A stretch of DNA of 64,000 nt from Camelus ferus (GCF_009834535.1 NC_045697.1:103106001-103170000); one strand, 5' to 3'. Positions 23,701-36,829 are shown, counted from the stretch's first letter. Notes: a model not told the origin generated them from the sequence alone. Translations and numbers: made by a program.

Positions 23701-25049
23701 AGGAAGAGGAGAATATTGAGTTAGATGATGAGAGTGCGGGAAATGTGTGGACAAGCAGGCGTCGGCAAAGTGGGTTCAAAGAGAAGGTCAGTGTGATTTG
23801 TCTGTAAAGGAAATTCTCTGTAAACAGCGTTTTAAAAATTTCATCATTTTGGACAGGTTTATGAGTTTACCGTTGTGCCACAGTAAGGCAGTTTTGTTAA
23901 GGTGGCTGGTCTCTTTATCGCTGCCAAACCTGCTGAATGATTAACCAGAGGATGTATCGGAAAAAGGAAGGATAGTCCAGTGTTAGCTACTACCACCCTA
24001 GTGAAATTAAAACTCATCTTTTATGGAATAAAACCCACGCTATAAAACTAGGGTTCAAACTGAAAGTCCCAAACAGCATCTAGGTTCTGTGAGCTACTGT
24101 GCCAGGTATGGGCTAGGTCTCTTCCAGCAGACATACTGGATTCAAATAAATTTCTATTTCTGATTAGAAAATGAAGGACAACCTAAACCAAAATGGCCTA
24201 AACAAAGTCTTATTTAATTACCTGAAGAGAAGTGCCCTAATACATATATTTTGGAAAACAAACACTACTATAGCTTTTACAGGTTGGTACAGAACCGAAA
24301 GTTTCCTGAAACCCTGTGTGGATTGCTCATCATTTTGGGGTCCACAATGTTCAGAATATTCTTTTATATAGAAGGAGTTCATATTGTTTTGTGTTCAAGG
24401 TAATAAGAAAAAAGACTAGGACAGTTCAGATAAGGGCTGTTTTCTGTTCTATTCTATAAGGAGAGACAAAACAAAGTGAAGTTATGTAACCATAAGGTAT
24501 GTAAGTTAGAGCTTGAGATATTTGAAGATGTGTAAAAACCTGTATTTGGCACGGAAAGTGCCGGTGAGTGCTTGAGACATTTGCCCCTCAGCTGATTGTT
24601 GCCATGTGGGAATGTGGGTCCCTCATACATAGATCTGATTTTCTCCAACACAGGCTAAAAACCTGTATTTTTGCTATTTTTCTAGATTTTTAATGTTATT
24701 GGCAGCCAATTCAGTTATGCACTCACACTCTGTGGGCCAGGAACAGCCAGTTTGTGACCTCTGCAGATCACCTGAGTACTCAGAAATAGAGTTAAAAGAG
24801 GAAAAAGTTTCCAGAAACCGATAGGAAGGGATTTAAGAAAACAGTGGGATTTAAGCTGGACTGAATAGGAGAGGTGTCATGGAGCGAAAAGGATGTATCA
24901 AGTGAGTGAAAATCTCAGTTGGAAAAGTAACGAGCAGGTGTGGAAGATAATGAGTAAACTTTCCTAGGAGAGGTCTGGAAAGGGCAAGTGCAGCTAAGTG
25001 GGAAAAAATTGCTTTGGGAAACCCTTCGGTACCAGTCTGTCTCCTTGGG

Positions 25050-25238
25050 CAGTGGTTCATACATTTGTGCATACGTCATAATCACCTGGCAGGCTTTCGA
25101 AACAGTGGCAGGCTTGGCCCCCACCTCCTGAGTGGGGGCCAAGTGGGAGGTCTTGGGTGGGGTCTGAGTTTTTCTCATCAGTTCCCAGTTGATACAGGTG
25201 CTGCGGGTCTGGGGACCACACTTTGAGAACCACTGTCC
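25050..25238. mobile_element. MER5A-like DNA transposon
   Basis: CAGTGGTTC..AATCACCTGG..GGTCTGGGGACCACACTTTGAGAACCACTG with terminal inverted ends. Confidence 0.8.
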
Positions 25239-26229
25239 TAGGGTGTGGGAAACTATTGATGGAATTTGGTGTGGATTAGTGAGGAGATCACATTCATGGC
25301 TCAGTGTGAGTCTTGCTGTGACGTCCAAGATGGAGGATTGGGGAGGGGAGAGAGAGAGAAAAGAAGGTTCCTTGCAGTTGGTAAGCACCTGCTTGATGCC
25401 AGCCCCTCACGCACACTATTTTCATTTCATACTTCCTATGACCTGAGATGTAGGTCTTAAGTATTTTCATGAAATGGAGAGTAGTAGAGATTGCCCAGGT
25501 CCTATAGCTAGTCTCAAAGCTCCTTAAGACTGGTTCAGATTTGAACTAGGATTCTAGCAGTGGAAATGAATCAGAACATTTAATGGTGATGGAATTTAGA
25601 AAAAGGCTTCCCAAGAAGACTGAAACCTAAAAGTGGAAGTGGGGAAATCTTGAGTCTTAACTGGGGAAGTGATAAAAGGTAAAGTGGACAAGGAACTTTA
25701 GAACTTCAGTATGTGTTCTGTATTGCACTTACATAACAATGACCTATTTCAAAGTGCCTTGTTTAAAAAGTCATTCTGTTCCCCCAGAATTTCCTGAAAT
25801 TATTTGAAAAGGAGAAAGTAAAGCCTTCTGTAAGGGTAGTGGGAGATGGTAAACAGATTAATGGCATCTGTCAGCCTATCGTCACATCAAAAGTGGCATT
25901 GAGAAACAGGAACACACGGTGTAACTCTGCTTTGCCTGCGTGAACTGTGCTGTACCGCAGGCGCTGACCTGACATTGATTTTGGAAATCCTGAATGCTTT
26001 TTCTTGCCAGGGCAGTTATTGAAATTGAGAATATTCATTGGATCAATTTCAAGACAAATATCCCAAGTCAGATTGGCTGCTGCTGAGCAAATTTTTAATG
26101 AAGGAAAACATCCATATATTGAAATCAGACTTTAAAGAAGGAAGTTCTAAAAATATATTTACACTGTAAACTCTATAAAAATTTTAAGTTTTCAAACATT
26201 CATTAGCCAAGTAATCAGCGTAATGGAGT

Positions 26230-26830
26230 TATTGACCCATACAGAATTGCAGCAGATATTCATTCATTTATTCTGTGAGCAATAAACTACGCTGTGGATA
26301 GAGCGATAATTCAGTCTAGGCAAGACTGACATCTTAAAAAATGGTCACAAAACAACGTGATCTGCACTGTAATAGAGGGATGTGACCAGTACACGATGAA
26401 TGGAGATAGAAATGACGACTAAAGGGGTGTGGAAAGGAGGCCAGGGAACTGTTGATGGAGGAGGAGACTCTTGAGTTGATTCTCGAAGGCTGAGGAGGAA
26501 TATGTGAGATGGTTAAGGAATTCCAATCAGAAGAAACATCAGGGACCACGGCCAGGAGGTATAAAGAGTACAGGCTTTTCCAGGACCCGTGTGCAGATCA
26601 GAGTGGTTACAGCAGTATGGTGCAAGTGGAGGAGGGAGATCAGTTAAGTTGGAGCAGCTCATAAGAGCACTCATGAAGAGTATGAAGTATTTATGCAATG
26701 ACTGTCTTGGCTGGATTGTAACGTTCATGATGTTAGGAGCCAGTTTGGACCCATATACCGATGTATTCCAAGGCCTAGCAGAAGGCCTAGTATGAAATAG
26801 ATTCTCAATAAATAGTTGCTACATGAATGA
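26230..26830 (-). mobile_element. LINE-2 fragment(s)
   Basis: Purine-rich antisense L2 words (ATTCATTCATTTATT, GGAGGAGACTCTTGAGTTGATTCTCGAAGG, GAAGAGTATGAAGTATTTATGCAATG). Confidence 0.6.
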
Positions 26831-28899
26831 ATGGCTGAATCACAGGAAAAAAATGTTTTTAACAGATAAGGCAGAGGGAACTTTTAAAGTATTTTAATCA
26901 GTGGCATAATACAGTCAGATTTTATGAGGATAAGTGGTAGTATGGAAGATGAATTAATAATGGCTGTAGTAGACTGGGGTATTTCAGACTTAAGATTGTG
27001 CCCATTGGTAGATTGCAATCTGCATTTTAAGAAAAAGTAGAAAAGAGTATTAGAGTATATCACATGCAATCGGGGTAAATAATGTTTTGTGAAACGTTTG
27101 TTTCAGTTATGTACCTCTGTGTTGACTGATGTAAGTGTATTTCTTCCTATGGACTTCTATCAAAGTTTGAAAGCTGTTAGAGTGGAGCAATGTGGGCCTG
27201 ATGGTGGAGAGAATGGAATGGATATGGAAGATATTTTGGAGGAAAACAAGTGTGGAAAACGAGCATCTTAAAATGCTGCTGTCCACAGGAACCTTGCAGG
27301 GGAGGGGTGCGCTCAGCAACCTGTATCAGCATATTTGTGCTCTTGCTGGTTTTCATTATTTATAAGTAAGTTGACATTCTGGTTTATTAGGAATGGCAGT
27401 GCTTTGAGGCATCTGACTGTGTGTTGTAAATACTGCAAAATTTCTCTTATTTTGGTAGTGCTTAGCTAAAAATTGTAGGATGGAACCAATTCACAGAAAC
27501 AGCTTGAGTTAATTCTTGGCTAAGTTCGTTGCTTTCATTCCATAAGAAAGCAGGAAAAGGTGCTTAGTTACATGAGCAGGTGGGAAGGCCTTCTCCCCAC
27601 CTGCAGGATTTTGCCACCCTGTTCGACTTTGTTCTGCCTGTGACATGTAAATAAGGGCAGAAAGATGCTCATACAAGGCTGAGTTATATTGGCTTTGTAA
27701 AATTTTGTGGACTCCTTTAAAATCTGGTTGATTAAATTAATGGGTTTAAGTCTATTATGCGCTCAGTTATCAGGTGTGAATTATTCTGTGGAGCAAAAAA
27801 AAATTTAAAAATTTTAGAAATTTGGTCTGTTCTGTCACTTAATACATTATCAGGGAGCTCCTACTCATAAGGTTTGCACAGAAAATGTAAACTCATTTTT
27901 CATTCTGGCCTAAGTAAAAAAAAAAAGAGCGAGAGAGAGAAACAAAACACAGATAAACAGCCTGCCATAATCACTCCATACTCAAATGTGAAGGGTCATT
28001 TGGTGTCCCTTTAATGTGACATGACACCACTCCTCTTTATATGACAGTCTAGAGTCAGCACCATACAAATCGGGATTTATGAAATCTATAGTTTTTCCAA
28101 AGTTCTGCCACAATCAACCTAACCTTAGGAGCCTCACCTATAAAATAGAATCTCATCTACTGTCGTGGGGCTTAGCTGAGGAAATGCACGCACAAATGGC
28201 TCACACATAGTAAACATCCAGTGAAACGTAGCAGCCACTGCTCTGCCATTCATTGGTCCAGAGGGTTTGGGGACACCAAGAAAATCAGCCCTCTGGGAGA
28301 GATTGAAGGTATAATGTCCTAGAATTATATACATCTGGGTAGCTTTTTTGATTTGGCAAAAGAATGTTGTAAAATGGTATGCTTTTCCTGGCTCTTTTCA
28401 TTTAAAGACCTTTTAAGAATTCTGCTGGCATCAAAGGGCAGGGAACTTTGCAGACCCAAATTGTGATAAACCCTGCAGTGTAAATCAAAAGCTTGTCAGA
28501 TAGTTGGCATGGATCTTCTGAGAAAGACTGTAATTAAATTGTTGCACAAAATCACTATTCTGAATGTTAGCACAAAATCTATATACTATTTATTAGACTG
28601 TTTTAATTATCTCATTTATTTAGGGAATGCTGTTTGCTTGCATTATTAGAAGTGGACATTATTTTCATCTGCTAATGCTCTTGTTACTGGGCTTTGATTC
28701 CTGACAAACCTATCTTTAGGTTTTTCTGTTTTGGAAGATTAGTTAGATGTCAAAAGTGGCCTTGATTCAAAACAGGGAACTTAGAAGACAGGATGTTTTT
28801 AGTAAAGATCCTCAGGTCACACAGGTTGAGACTGTTATTCAAACTTTTTTTTTTTTTTTAGTATATTAGATCAACATAAAGTACATGGAATATCTACTC

Positions 28900-29230
28900 A
28901 TGAACCTTAAAAAATGATTATTACGAGGTTGCCATGTGCCAAGCACTGTGCTAGATGGATACTAAGGAAATACAGAATAAGGAGTTGTCCTTTCTCTGGG
29001 AGGATCGTCAGCTGCGGTGAGGGAGGAGAATTGAGGGGAAGGAGAGGTCTATAAATAGAGAAATTAGAGAATAAGAAGACAAGCACTCTGCCTGAGATGT
29101 GAACAAAAGGCTGAGGAGCACTGAAGTTAGAAAGAGTTGACTGCCTGGGAAAAGCAGGGGAAGATGTGTCTTAGAAGAGGTGATATTTGAACTGAGCAGA
29201 TGTTTGTCAGGCAAAAAGTGGAAGATATGC
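28900..29230 (-). mobile_element. LINE-2 fragment
   Basis: ATGTGCCAAGCACTGTGCTAGA..CTTAGAAGAGGTGATATTTGAACTGAG. Confidence 0.6.
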
Positions 29231-29711
29231 ATTCCAGACACCTAGTTTTTATTATAGCATATAGACGGTTTTTTAAAAATCTGCCATGCTCAAAAATGGT
29301 TACTAGCCCATGTGCACCACATTATTTCAGAGCGTTGTTGAACTTCAAATCTTAATATGGTGATTCTGATAGACGTCTCTGTGAATAGAAGCCTAGCTGA
29401 AACATGACTATCACTTTTTTCACCTTGCAAATAATTTTACTAGGCTTTTTGAGTATGTATGTTAATTTTATGCCTAGTATAGAAATTGACACATAAATAC
29501 AATCGGATGTAATGCTGATGGTTTGATAACTGGTTAAATTAAATATTTGCTTCTCATATTATGAGGAAATGTAAATGCAGAAGGAAGCAAGTTACTGGTT
29601 ATAGCAAAGATAAAAATTAAATCATGAATAGGTATTAGATATCTCTCATTAAAATTATAAAAATTCCAAATTTCATCTTTAAAAAGTTTTTTTTTTTAAC
29701 TATAGCAACTA

Positions 29712-30220
29712 TATTGGTTTTGCTGCTATAGCAAATTACCACAACTCAGTGGCTTAAAACCACATACAGTTATTCTCATAGTTCTGGAGATCTGAAGTCT
29801 GACATGGGTCTCTCTGGGCTAAAATCAAACCATCAGTGGCACTTCCTTCAATCCTGGCAGCTCTCGGGGACAATCCATTTTGTTGTCTTTTGCAGCTTTT
29901 ACAGGCTGCCTGCACTCCGTAGCTCACGGCCCTTTTACTCCTTCTTCAAAGCCAGCAAGGGTGGATTGAGTCCTCCTCGCCTGGCATCACTCTGCTCTTC
30001 TTTGCCACCTCCCTCTCCCATTATAAAGGACCTTGCTAATGACATTGGGTCCACCTGCATAATCCAGGATACTCCTTTTACCTTAAGGTCAGCTGATTAG
30101 CAACCTTAATTCCATCTGCAACTTTTAATTCCCCTCTGCCATGTAACATAACATATTCACAGGTTCCAAGGGTTAGGATGTGGACATCTTCGTGGGGCCA
30201 TAAATCTGCCTACCACAGTA
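29712..30220 (-). mobile_element. MLT1 (MaLR) LTR
   Basis: GCTGCTATAGCAAATTACCACAACTCAGTGGCTTAAAAC..CCTTAATTCCATCTGCAA..CATATTCACAGGTTCCAAGGGTTAGGATGTGGACATCTT. Confidence 0.85.
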
Positions 30221-30379
30221 ACATATGATGCTTTTTAAAAATCAGAAAAAGAATGATCAGCCAAAGCACAATGTATAAGCACCATAATATCACTCATCCA
30301 TAGACAAAGTTAACACTTTCACAAATGTATTCCTTCCGGGTGTGTGTGTAAAATTTTATGAAAAATGGAGTCAGCCCTC

Positions 30380-31130
30380 TTTATCTCCAGGTGCTCCTTT
30401 GGTAATCTCATTTGGTCTCTTGGATTTAAATGACACCTGAACACCGGTGATTCTCAAATGTATACGTCAACTCTGACCTCTTCCTGAGACTGATAAATGC
30501 AACTGCCTACTCCAGATCCCACTTGAATATTTAGTAGGCCTCTTAAGCTTAATGTGTCTGAAACTAAATGCCCGACCTTACCTCAGACCTCACCTCCCAC
30601 AGTCTTCCCCCGCTCATTAAAGGGCAGCTCCATCTCGACCGTGGCTCAGGATACAACTCACATCTCGTTTATTAGCAGGTCCTCCAGAATTCATCCAGAA
30701 TCTGATCTAATACTACCCCCCTCCCCAATCCGAGTCATTATCATCTCTCATCTGCATTATTGCAGTAATCTCTTAGCTGCTCTCCCCATTTCTGTTCTTG
30801 TATCCCACAAGATCCCTCTAAAACAGAAGTCCATCAGGTTCTCCTCTGTCCCATGGCTGCCCATCTCACTCACAGTCAGTCCTTCCAGTCCTCTCTAAGG
30901 CCCTCTGTCTGTTCCCCTCTCTGGCCTTCTCTCTCACACTTTCCTTCTTGCTCATTCACGTCCAGCCACACTGGCCTCCTTATTTACATGTCTGGTGTCT
31001 GTCTTCCTTTACTAGGATGTTAGCTCCATGGGGGCAAGAACTTTTGTTCAATTTGATCATCATTGCATCCCCAGTGCTAGACTATCATGTGGCACAGAGT
31101 AAATGCTCAAATATTTGTTGAACGAATGTT
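30380..31130 (+). mobile_element. LINE-2 3' fragment
   Basis: CTCTGACCTCTTCCTGAG..TAATGTGTCTGAAACTAAA..GTGGCACAGAGTAAATGCTCAAATATTTGTTGAACGAATG. Confidence 0.75.
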
Positions 31131-32406
31131 TTATAACCTTGTTTCTCTCTCCTTTCTCAATATATTACTTTGCTCTTTTTTTGAACATAGCTTTGTTGGA
31201 TAACAAGAGGTAGTCATGGTAAGACTTAATTAAAGGGCATATTTTAAGTAATTCTCATTTTTTCTTAGGCTACATGTGATAACATCTCCCCTGAGGGAGA
31301 AAAGGACTAGGTTAGTAATCAGAATGTTCTGTGTCCTGGTCAACATTTCCTCTTTCTCAGTTCTTTGGCTCTTAATGCTGCCACCATCACTGCTTCTTAC
31401 TGCTCTGGGAGGACCAGTTACTAATATCTGTTTCTCTTTTAGCTAGAGGAATGACTGCTCCTTTATTCTGAAACAATTTATTAAGAAAAAAATGCCACCA
31501 AGAGGTAATAGATCTGAGTCCTGGCCCTGCCCCTGGCTCTGACTGTAGTCATCTAACTCACTCTTGGTTTCCCCTTATTAAATGAGAATAATAATAACTG
31601 TCCAGTTGTCCTCATGGAATTTTCTGCGGGGGGTAAAATGACATAAAGTATTTGAAAATGGTTCATAAAGTCCTGAGTCAATAAAATAAGTGCAGGTTAG
31701 TATTTTGGGGGAATAATTGCAACATGCCAGGCTCCATGCCAAGGTTTGAGCATCCTTAACATGGACAAGAGGGTCTTGAACTTAAGTTCTCTTTCCCGTT
31801 TCTTAATGCCTTGTCTTGGTCCTGGTCCTCACCGCGTCCTTTGGGTCTTTGCTGGGGTTTTGTCAGCTGGGCTGGGTGTCACCAGGGTCTGATCACTCTT
31901 GGCTTCTCGGCACTGCTCCTCGTGTTATCTCCCCAGGACCGAAGTTGATCAGGTCACTTGCCTCTGTGAAGATCTCTGTCGTTTCTCCACTGCCAGCAAG
32001 ACAGCATCTATTCCCTTAGCCTCAGCGTACATCCTGATCCCGGCCTCATTTCCTGTCACTAGTTCCATGGATATGCGCCAGGTTTCTGCCTCACTGAATT
32101 TCTCAATCTTCTCTGATTGGCAGGGAGAGACCAAGTCTCAACTCAGCCTCTATACAAGTGTGTCCTCAGCCTAGAAAACCCACCTCATCTTTCTTCAGCT
32201 TTGTTCAGCCTTTCAGACCCAGCCCTGACATCAACTCCCCCATAACTTGAACCTTCTACTCCCCCAGGAGACTTAGTTTCTGTAATCTTGTCTGTCCCCA
32301 CGGCACATGGTTCTTTCTTTGCACATGGTGTTTATTATTCTGTGAGCTGTTGACATGCTGGATTATGTTATTTAGGGTAAGATAATGAGGCAGTCCACCT
32401 AAGATG

Positions 32407-32866
32407 GTGTAGTGGATTGGATGATGACCTCCAAAAAGATATGTTCATGTCATAATCCCTGGAATTTGCGAATGTGACTTTATTTGGAAAAAGGGTCTCT
32501 GCAGATGTAATTAAGGATCTTGAGATGAGATCATCTTGGATTATCTGAATGAGCCCAATTCAACGACAAATGTCCACACCAAGGAGAGGCACAAAGAGAA
32601 GAGTAGGCCAGGGCCAGGAGGCAGAGATGGGAGTTATGCAGCCCTGAGCCGAGGAGCCCCTGTGCCCCCAGAAGCTGGGAGGGGCAGGGAAGGATCCTCT
32701 CCCAGAGTCTTCAGAGGGAGTGCTGCCCTGCTTACAGTTTGATTTCTGACCCCCAGCCTTCAGAACCCTGAGAGGATATGTTTCTGTTTTAATCCACCAA
32801 GTGTGTGGTTGTTTTAATCGACCAAGTTTGTTGTGATTTGTCACAGCAGCCATAGAAAACTAACAT
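32407..32866 (+). mobile_element. MLT1 (MaLR) LTR
   Basis: TGTAGTGGATTG..GAATGTGACTTTATTTGGAAAAAGGGTCTCTGCAGATGTAATTAAG..CACAGCAGCCATAGAAAACTAACA. Confidence 0.85.
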
Positions 32867-33002
32867 GGGGGGAGGGTAGAGCTCAGTGGTAGAGCGCATG
32901 CTCAGCATGCATGAGGTCCTGGGTTCAATCCCCAGTGCCTCCATTAAATAAAAGAAATAAATAAACCTAATTACCTCCCTCCCCAACAAAAAAAATTAAA
33001 AA
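32867..33002 (+). mobile_element. tRNA-Ala-derived SINE (vic-1-like), long form, copy 6, inserted at the MLT1 3' end
   Basis: Intact A and B boxes, tail AAACCTAATTACCTCCCTCCCC plus poly(A). Degenerate TSD AGAAAACTAACATG / AGGAAACTCATG. Confidence 0.92.
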
Positions 33003-33729
33003 AGGAAACTCATGCAGATGTTTACAGTACAGTGACTGGAACTTAGTATCATTGTCATCACCGTCAGAAAGCATTGTCACCACTGTTACTCTTGCAGCCC
33101 TGGGACCTGGGAAGTGGAACATGCTCAGGAAATAGCCTTCCCCATGAGCTTCCAGCCTGGTGGCCAGTGGTGACGGTGTGGATGAGAAGTGTGTTCGAAG
33201 ATGGTATCCAACGAGATCTTCCAGAATAGAGCGCCTCTTTTGTTTGCTTGTTTGTTTTGAATGTCTTTTTGTGTGTTTGTGTGAAGGGTGGTAATGGATG
33301 TTTTTAAACTGTTTTTTAGAAACATTTGCAAATAAATTGTCCTTTTAGAATAAGACGAATTTTATATAGATAGAGGTCATAATGACCCCCACCGCCCCCC
33401 AAAATTGAAAAATGATGAGCAGTTATAGTTCTAACAACAACAACAAAAAATCTTAGAACATTTTTTCTTTTTCCTAATAGACTTACTTAGCTAAAGTTAA
33501 TTTTGTGCTGGCCTTGGAATACAATTTAAGAGGTATTTTGGAGCACTAAGGTAATTTATTTCATTGTGCTACAAGGTACTTGAAAACCAGAATTTTCCAA
33601 TAATCATAAACACAGACTTGGTAGGTTATATGTATTATTTGTCTGTAAATTTTAGTTTGCCATTGGAAGCTAGGTCTGTGATCTGATTTTTTACTGAAGT
33701 TTTATAAACTGGCATCGTAGGAAGAAAAG

Positions 33730-33910
33730 CTCGTATTTACTGAGCTCCTACTCTACTCTGGTTACCGTCCCAGGCTTTTTATATGAATTAACACATCTTT
33801 TCTCACAGCTGTCCTAGTCTCTTACCTGTTCTCTTAACTCAGAGGAGGCCAAGGCACAGGGTGGTTAAATAACTCGCCCAAGGTCATTATGGCTTAAGTG
33901 GCGGAGACTC
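33730..33910 (-). mobile_element. MIR fragment
   Basis: GAGGAGGCCAAGGCACAGGGTGGTTAAATAACTCGCCCAAGGTCA. Confidence 0.65.
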
Positions 33911-34884
33911 AGAGTGGCCATGCCTTGTGAGCTCAGCACCCCTCTGACTCCCAGAGGACCCCGTCAGCTTTCATTGTCTAATACAGTTTGAAGTGGAGAA
34001 GATCAGTGAATGTAAGGAAAGGACCCGCATCCCATTCCACAGTGGTTCAAACTGGACTGTACTTGCCCTCAGAGATTCTGATTCCTGGGCCTGGGAATAT
34101 GCCCTTTTAGTAAGCACCCGGGCGATATCTGACTTTGAGATACACTGAGCTGGACCCAACAGTCCTCACAGTTCATTTTGCGTGAGGGCTTGGGGCAGTG
34201 GTGGTGATGGTGGTTTGTGTGCTTATGTTAGGCCACGCTTCACCTATGTCTGTGTTCCAGATGAGTCTGTTGAACACACAGGTGGATCTAAACTTACGCC
34301 TCAACACCTGCATTACTAATCACCTTTCTTTTGTGGAGAATGAATAAAAGGCCAACATCAGAGGGATTTTTTTTTTTAAACTTTTGAATGAGCTTCAGAA
34401 TAGGGCATATTTGATCTGAGGAAATTGTTACAGTGAATGTAATGTCCACAGACAGAAGAGAATAAGCATGACGTGAAATTTCTACCCTGATGGTTTGGGA
34501 TTTTACTTTGTTTGTTTTGTTATATTGGTTTTGGTTTTGGTTTTTGTGTTGGTTTTGGTTAGAAGATTTTACTGTGCACTTAACTTTAGCTGCACTTCAC
34601 AGCAGAGCAAAAATTTCACGATTTGGGTTAATCTGAATGTTAACTATGGACAAGGAGGGAGTCTTCTCTGTCAGGTTTGGTAAGAAACTCTCACACATTG
34701 GGACTACCAAAAACCCTGATTACGTGTGGTTTAGAATCTCGGGAAAACACTAAGCTTACGGTTTTATTACTTCAGAAACTTAGTTGTATGTTGAACTGGC
34801 AAAAATGTGTTTTCCTTTCTTTTAGGGAGTCACAAATCACATTGAACCCAAAAAAATCCAGTGTTTTCTCCAGTTACAGACAAA

Positions 34885-35329
34885 ATGAACATTCCCATGC
34901 TGCTCCAGCATCCTCCCCAGCACTTCCTAAAAGGCCTCTTAAGAGCACCTTTCCGACGTCACCACTGCATCTTTCACTCGAGTACTCATCTCGGATCAGG
35001 AATCCCATGTGCCAGGCCACTCAGTTCTCTTGGACGCCATTGTACAACGTGGATGCTGCTGTCGGATGGCTTAAAGAGAAAACTGTGTCTACAGACAACC
35101 GTAAAGGAACATCCAGATGGATTTTCTGATAAAGAACAAAGATTTGTGGATAAACTCTATACTGGTTTAATCCAAGGGCAAAGGGCCTGCTTAGCCGAGG
35201 CCATAACTCTTATAGAATCAACTCACACCAGGAAAAAAGAGTTAGCCCAGGTGCTTCTTCAGAAAGTACTAGTCCACCTCAGAGAGCAAGAAAGGTTAAA
35301 TAAAGGGAAGCCACTGGCATTTCGAGTGG
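34885..35329 (+). CDS. MMAA: MMAA coding exon (exon 2; exon starts 34826): mitochondrial targeting peptide and N-terminal helices
   Basis: Acceptor TTTCTTTTAG|G at 34825/34826. ATG at 34885 translates [23 protein letters not shown]...[14 protein letters not shown]...[10 protein letters not shown]. Donor G|GTCAGT, phase 1; 445 nt. Confidence 0.96.
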
Positions 35330-36829
35330 GTCAGTTCGTTGTTTTTTTTTTTTTTTTTTAGGTCTGCCTAGTGAATATTTTTCTAGATTCTCTCTCTTCT
35401 TTTAAAATAAGTCTAAATAGTTTGTGATCTAACGGGGATTTGTTTTTCCTTCAGAATTTTGAAATGAATTTTAAATGCCTTTTCTTTGCAAAAATTAGTC
35501 TTGTTACGTTAAAAAAGAAAATGCCATGACCATTTGAACCAAGGCTCTGTATTTTAAGAGAATAATGTAAGATTTCTGTTTTGGCAGGAATCTTGCTGTG
35601 GCTCCCAGAATAGGAACATGACAGGAGAGCTGTTTACCAGTTTACTCCTTTCTCTCGGTAGAACTTCTGCTTAATAGTTTAACATGAATTCCCTGTTGTG
35701 GTTACATCAACCATAATTACCCTTAATCACATTTCAGAATTCTACTTCTTAGGTGTTTCATTAGTCTTTCTAGAGGCAAGTCTCTCTTCTTTCAGATACT
35801 TTTTTATTAGCGTTTCTGGAAATGGCTTGACTCTAAGCATAACCATCTTAATACCAAAATGTATTTTAAAGGAAAGACCATATTCACTTGTGATCTAAAA
35901 ATATCAGATGTTCACTTGACTTCTTGAACAATTGACCTGTTTCTGTAATTGCAAAGAAGCTTGCTGTGTTTTTGAAATTGTTCATTAGAGAATGGTCTAG
36001 ATATGTTTGACTAGAAGGAATTTAGCAAGTCAGTTTTGGGTGGAATGAGCACTTTTCACGATGGCAAACTGGGTAATTCCAACCAACCCAGCCACTAAAA
36101 ACAACTTGAAGTGGTGGATGAAGTGCAGAAATTGTGTGAGGAATGAGCAAATACACTTAAGAAATGGACTGGCATTGCACTAGACTTTTATATCTCAGTT
36201 TATTTGCAACATCGGGTCTAAAACTGCTCGTCTTTAGGGTAACAGGGCCTAAATGCTTTAAAGATAATTTTGAAAATTAAAACTAGCTGATATTTGTACT
36301 CATCCACATTTTTCACACCCCTTATTCTCCTGCCCTCACTCAGGGGACTCTCTTTTTGAGAGTACTGCACTGGGTGTTAATAATCTTTATGTATCGTGAA
36401 CAGACAAAATAACATACTCCCAAAGAGAAATTCCAGTTACGACAAAGTGTTCACTTACTAGGCTTCATTCAGAGAATCTTTGAAGAGAAAATGTCCAGAA
36501 ATACATGGAGTTAGCCAGCAACTCACACTTAACTAGCAACTCATAAATTTGCAGGGCTCTTCTGGTTCTGCCATCTTGACCTTATGAAGCAAGATACACC
36601 TATGTCTTTGTTGCAGTTATTTTCCCACCAAGATAAATAAAAGCACCGAATGTTTATTCAGCACCCACATAGATGTTTAAGACAGAGACCTCCCCTGGAA
36701 ATTTTGGGAAGGAGCCAGGCCTACATACGCCATACATACTTTTGACTATAATTACAATTAAGTGCTTATGTTTTATAGGCTTTATTGAACATACATATCT
36801 CTTCCTGGATGCGTGTGCTATTCTAAACA

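Noticed and set aside
23081-23719. 212-aa ORF (and overlapping 65-85 aa ORFs) in the GC-rich region
   Set aside because: Pro/Arg/Gly/Ala-rich, low-complexity product of a stop-poor CpG island; it runs across the exon 1 donor and has no recognisable domain.
34861-34884. ORF-track start at GTG 34861 (and GTG 45615, ATG 41048, ATG 42484) for MMAA pieces
   Set aside because: Artefacts of unspliced ORF calling; splice signals and frame continuity define the real exon limits.
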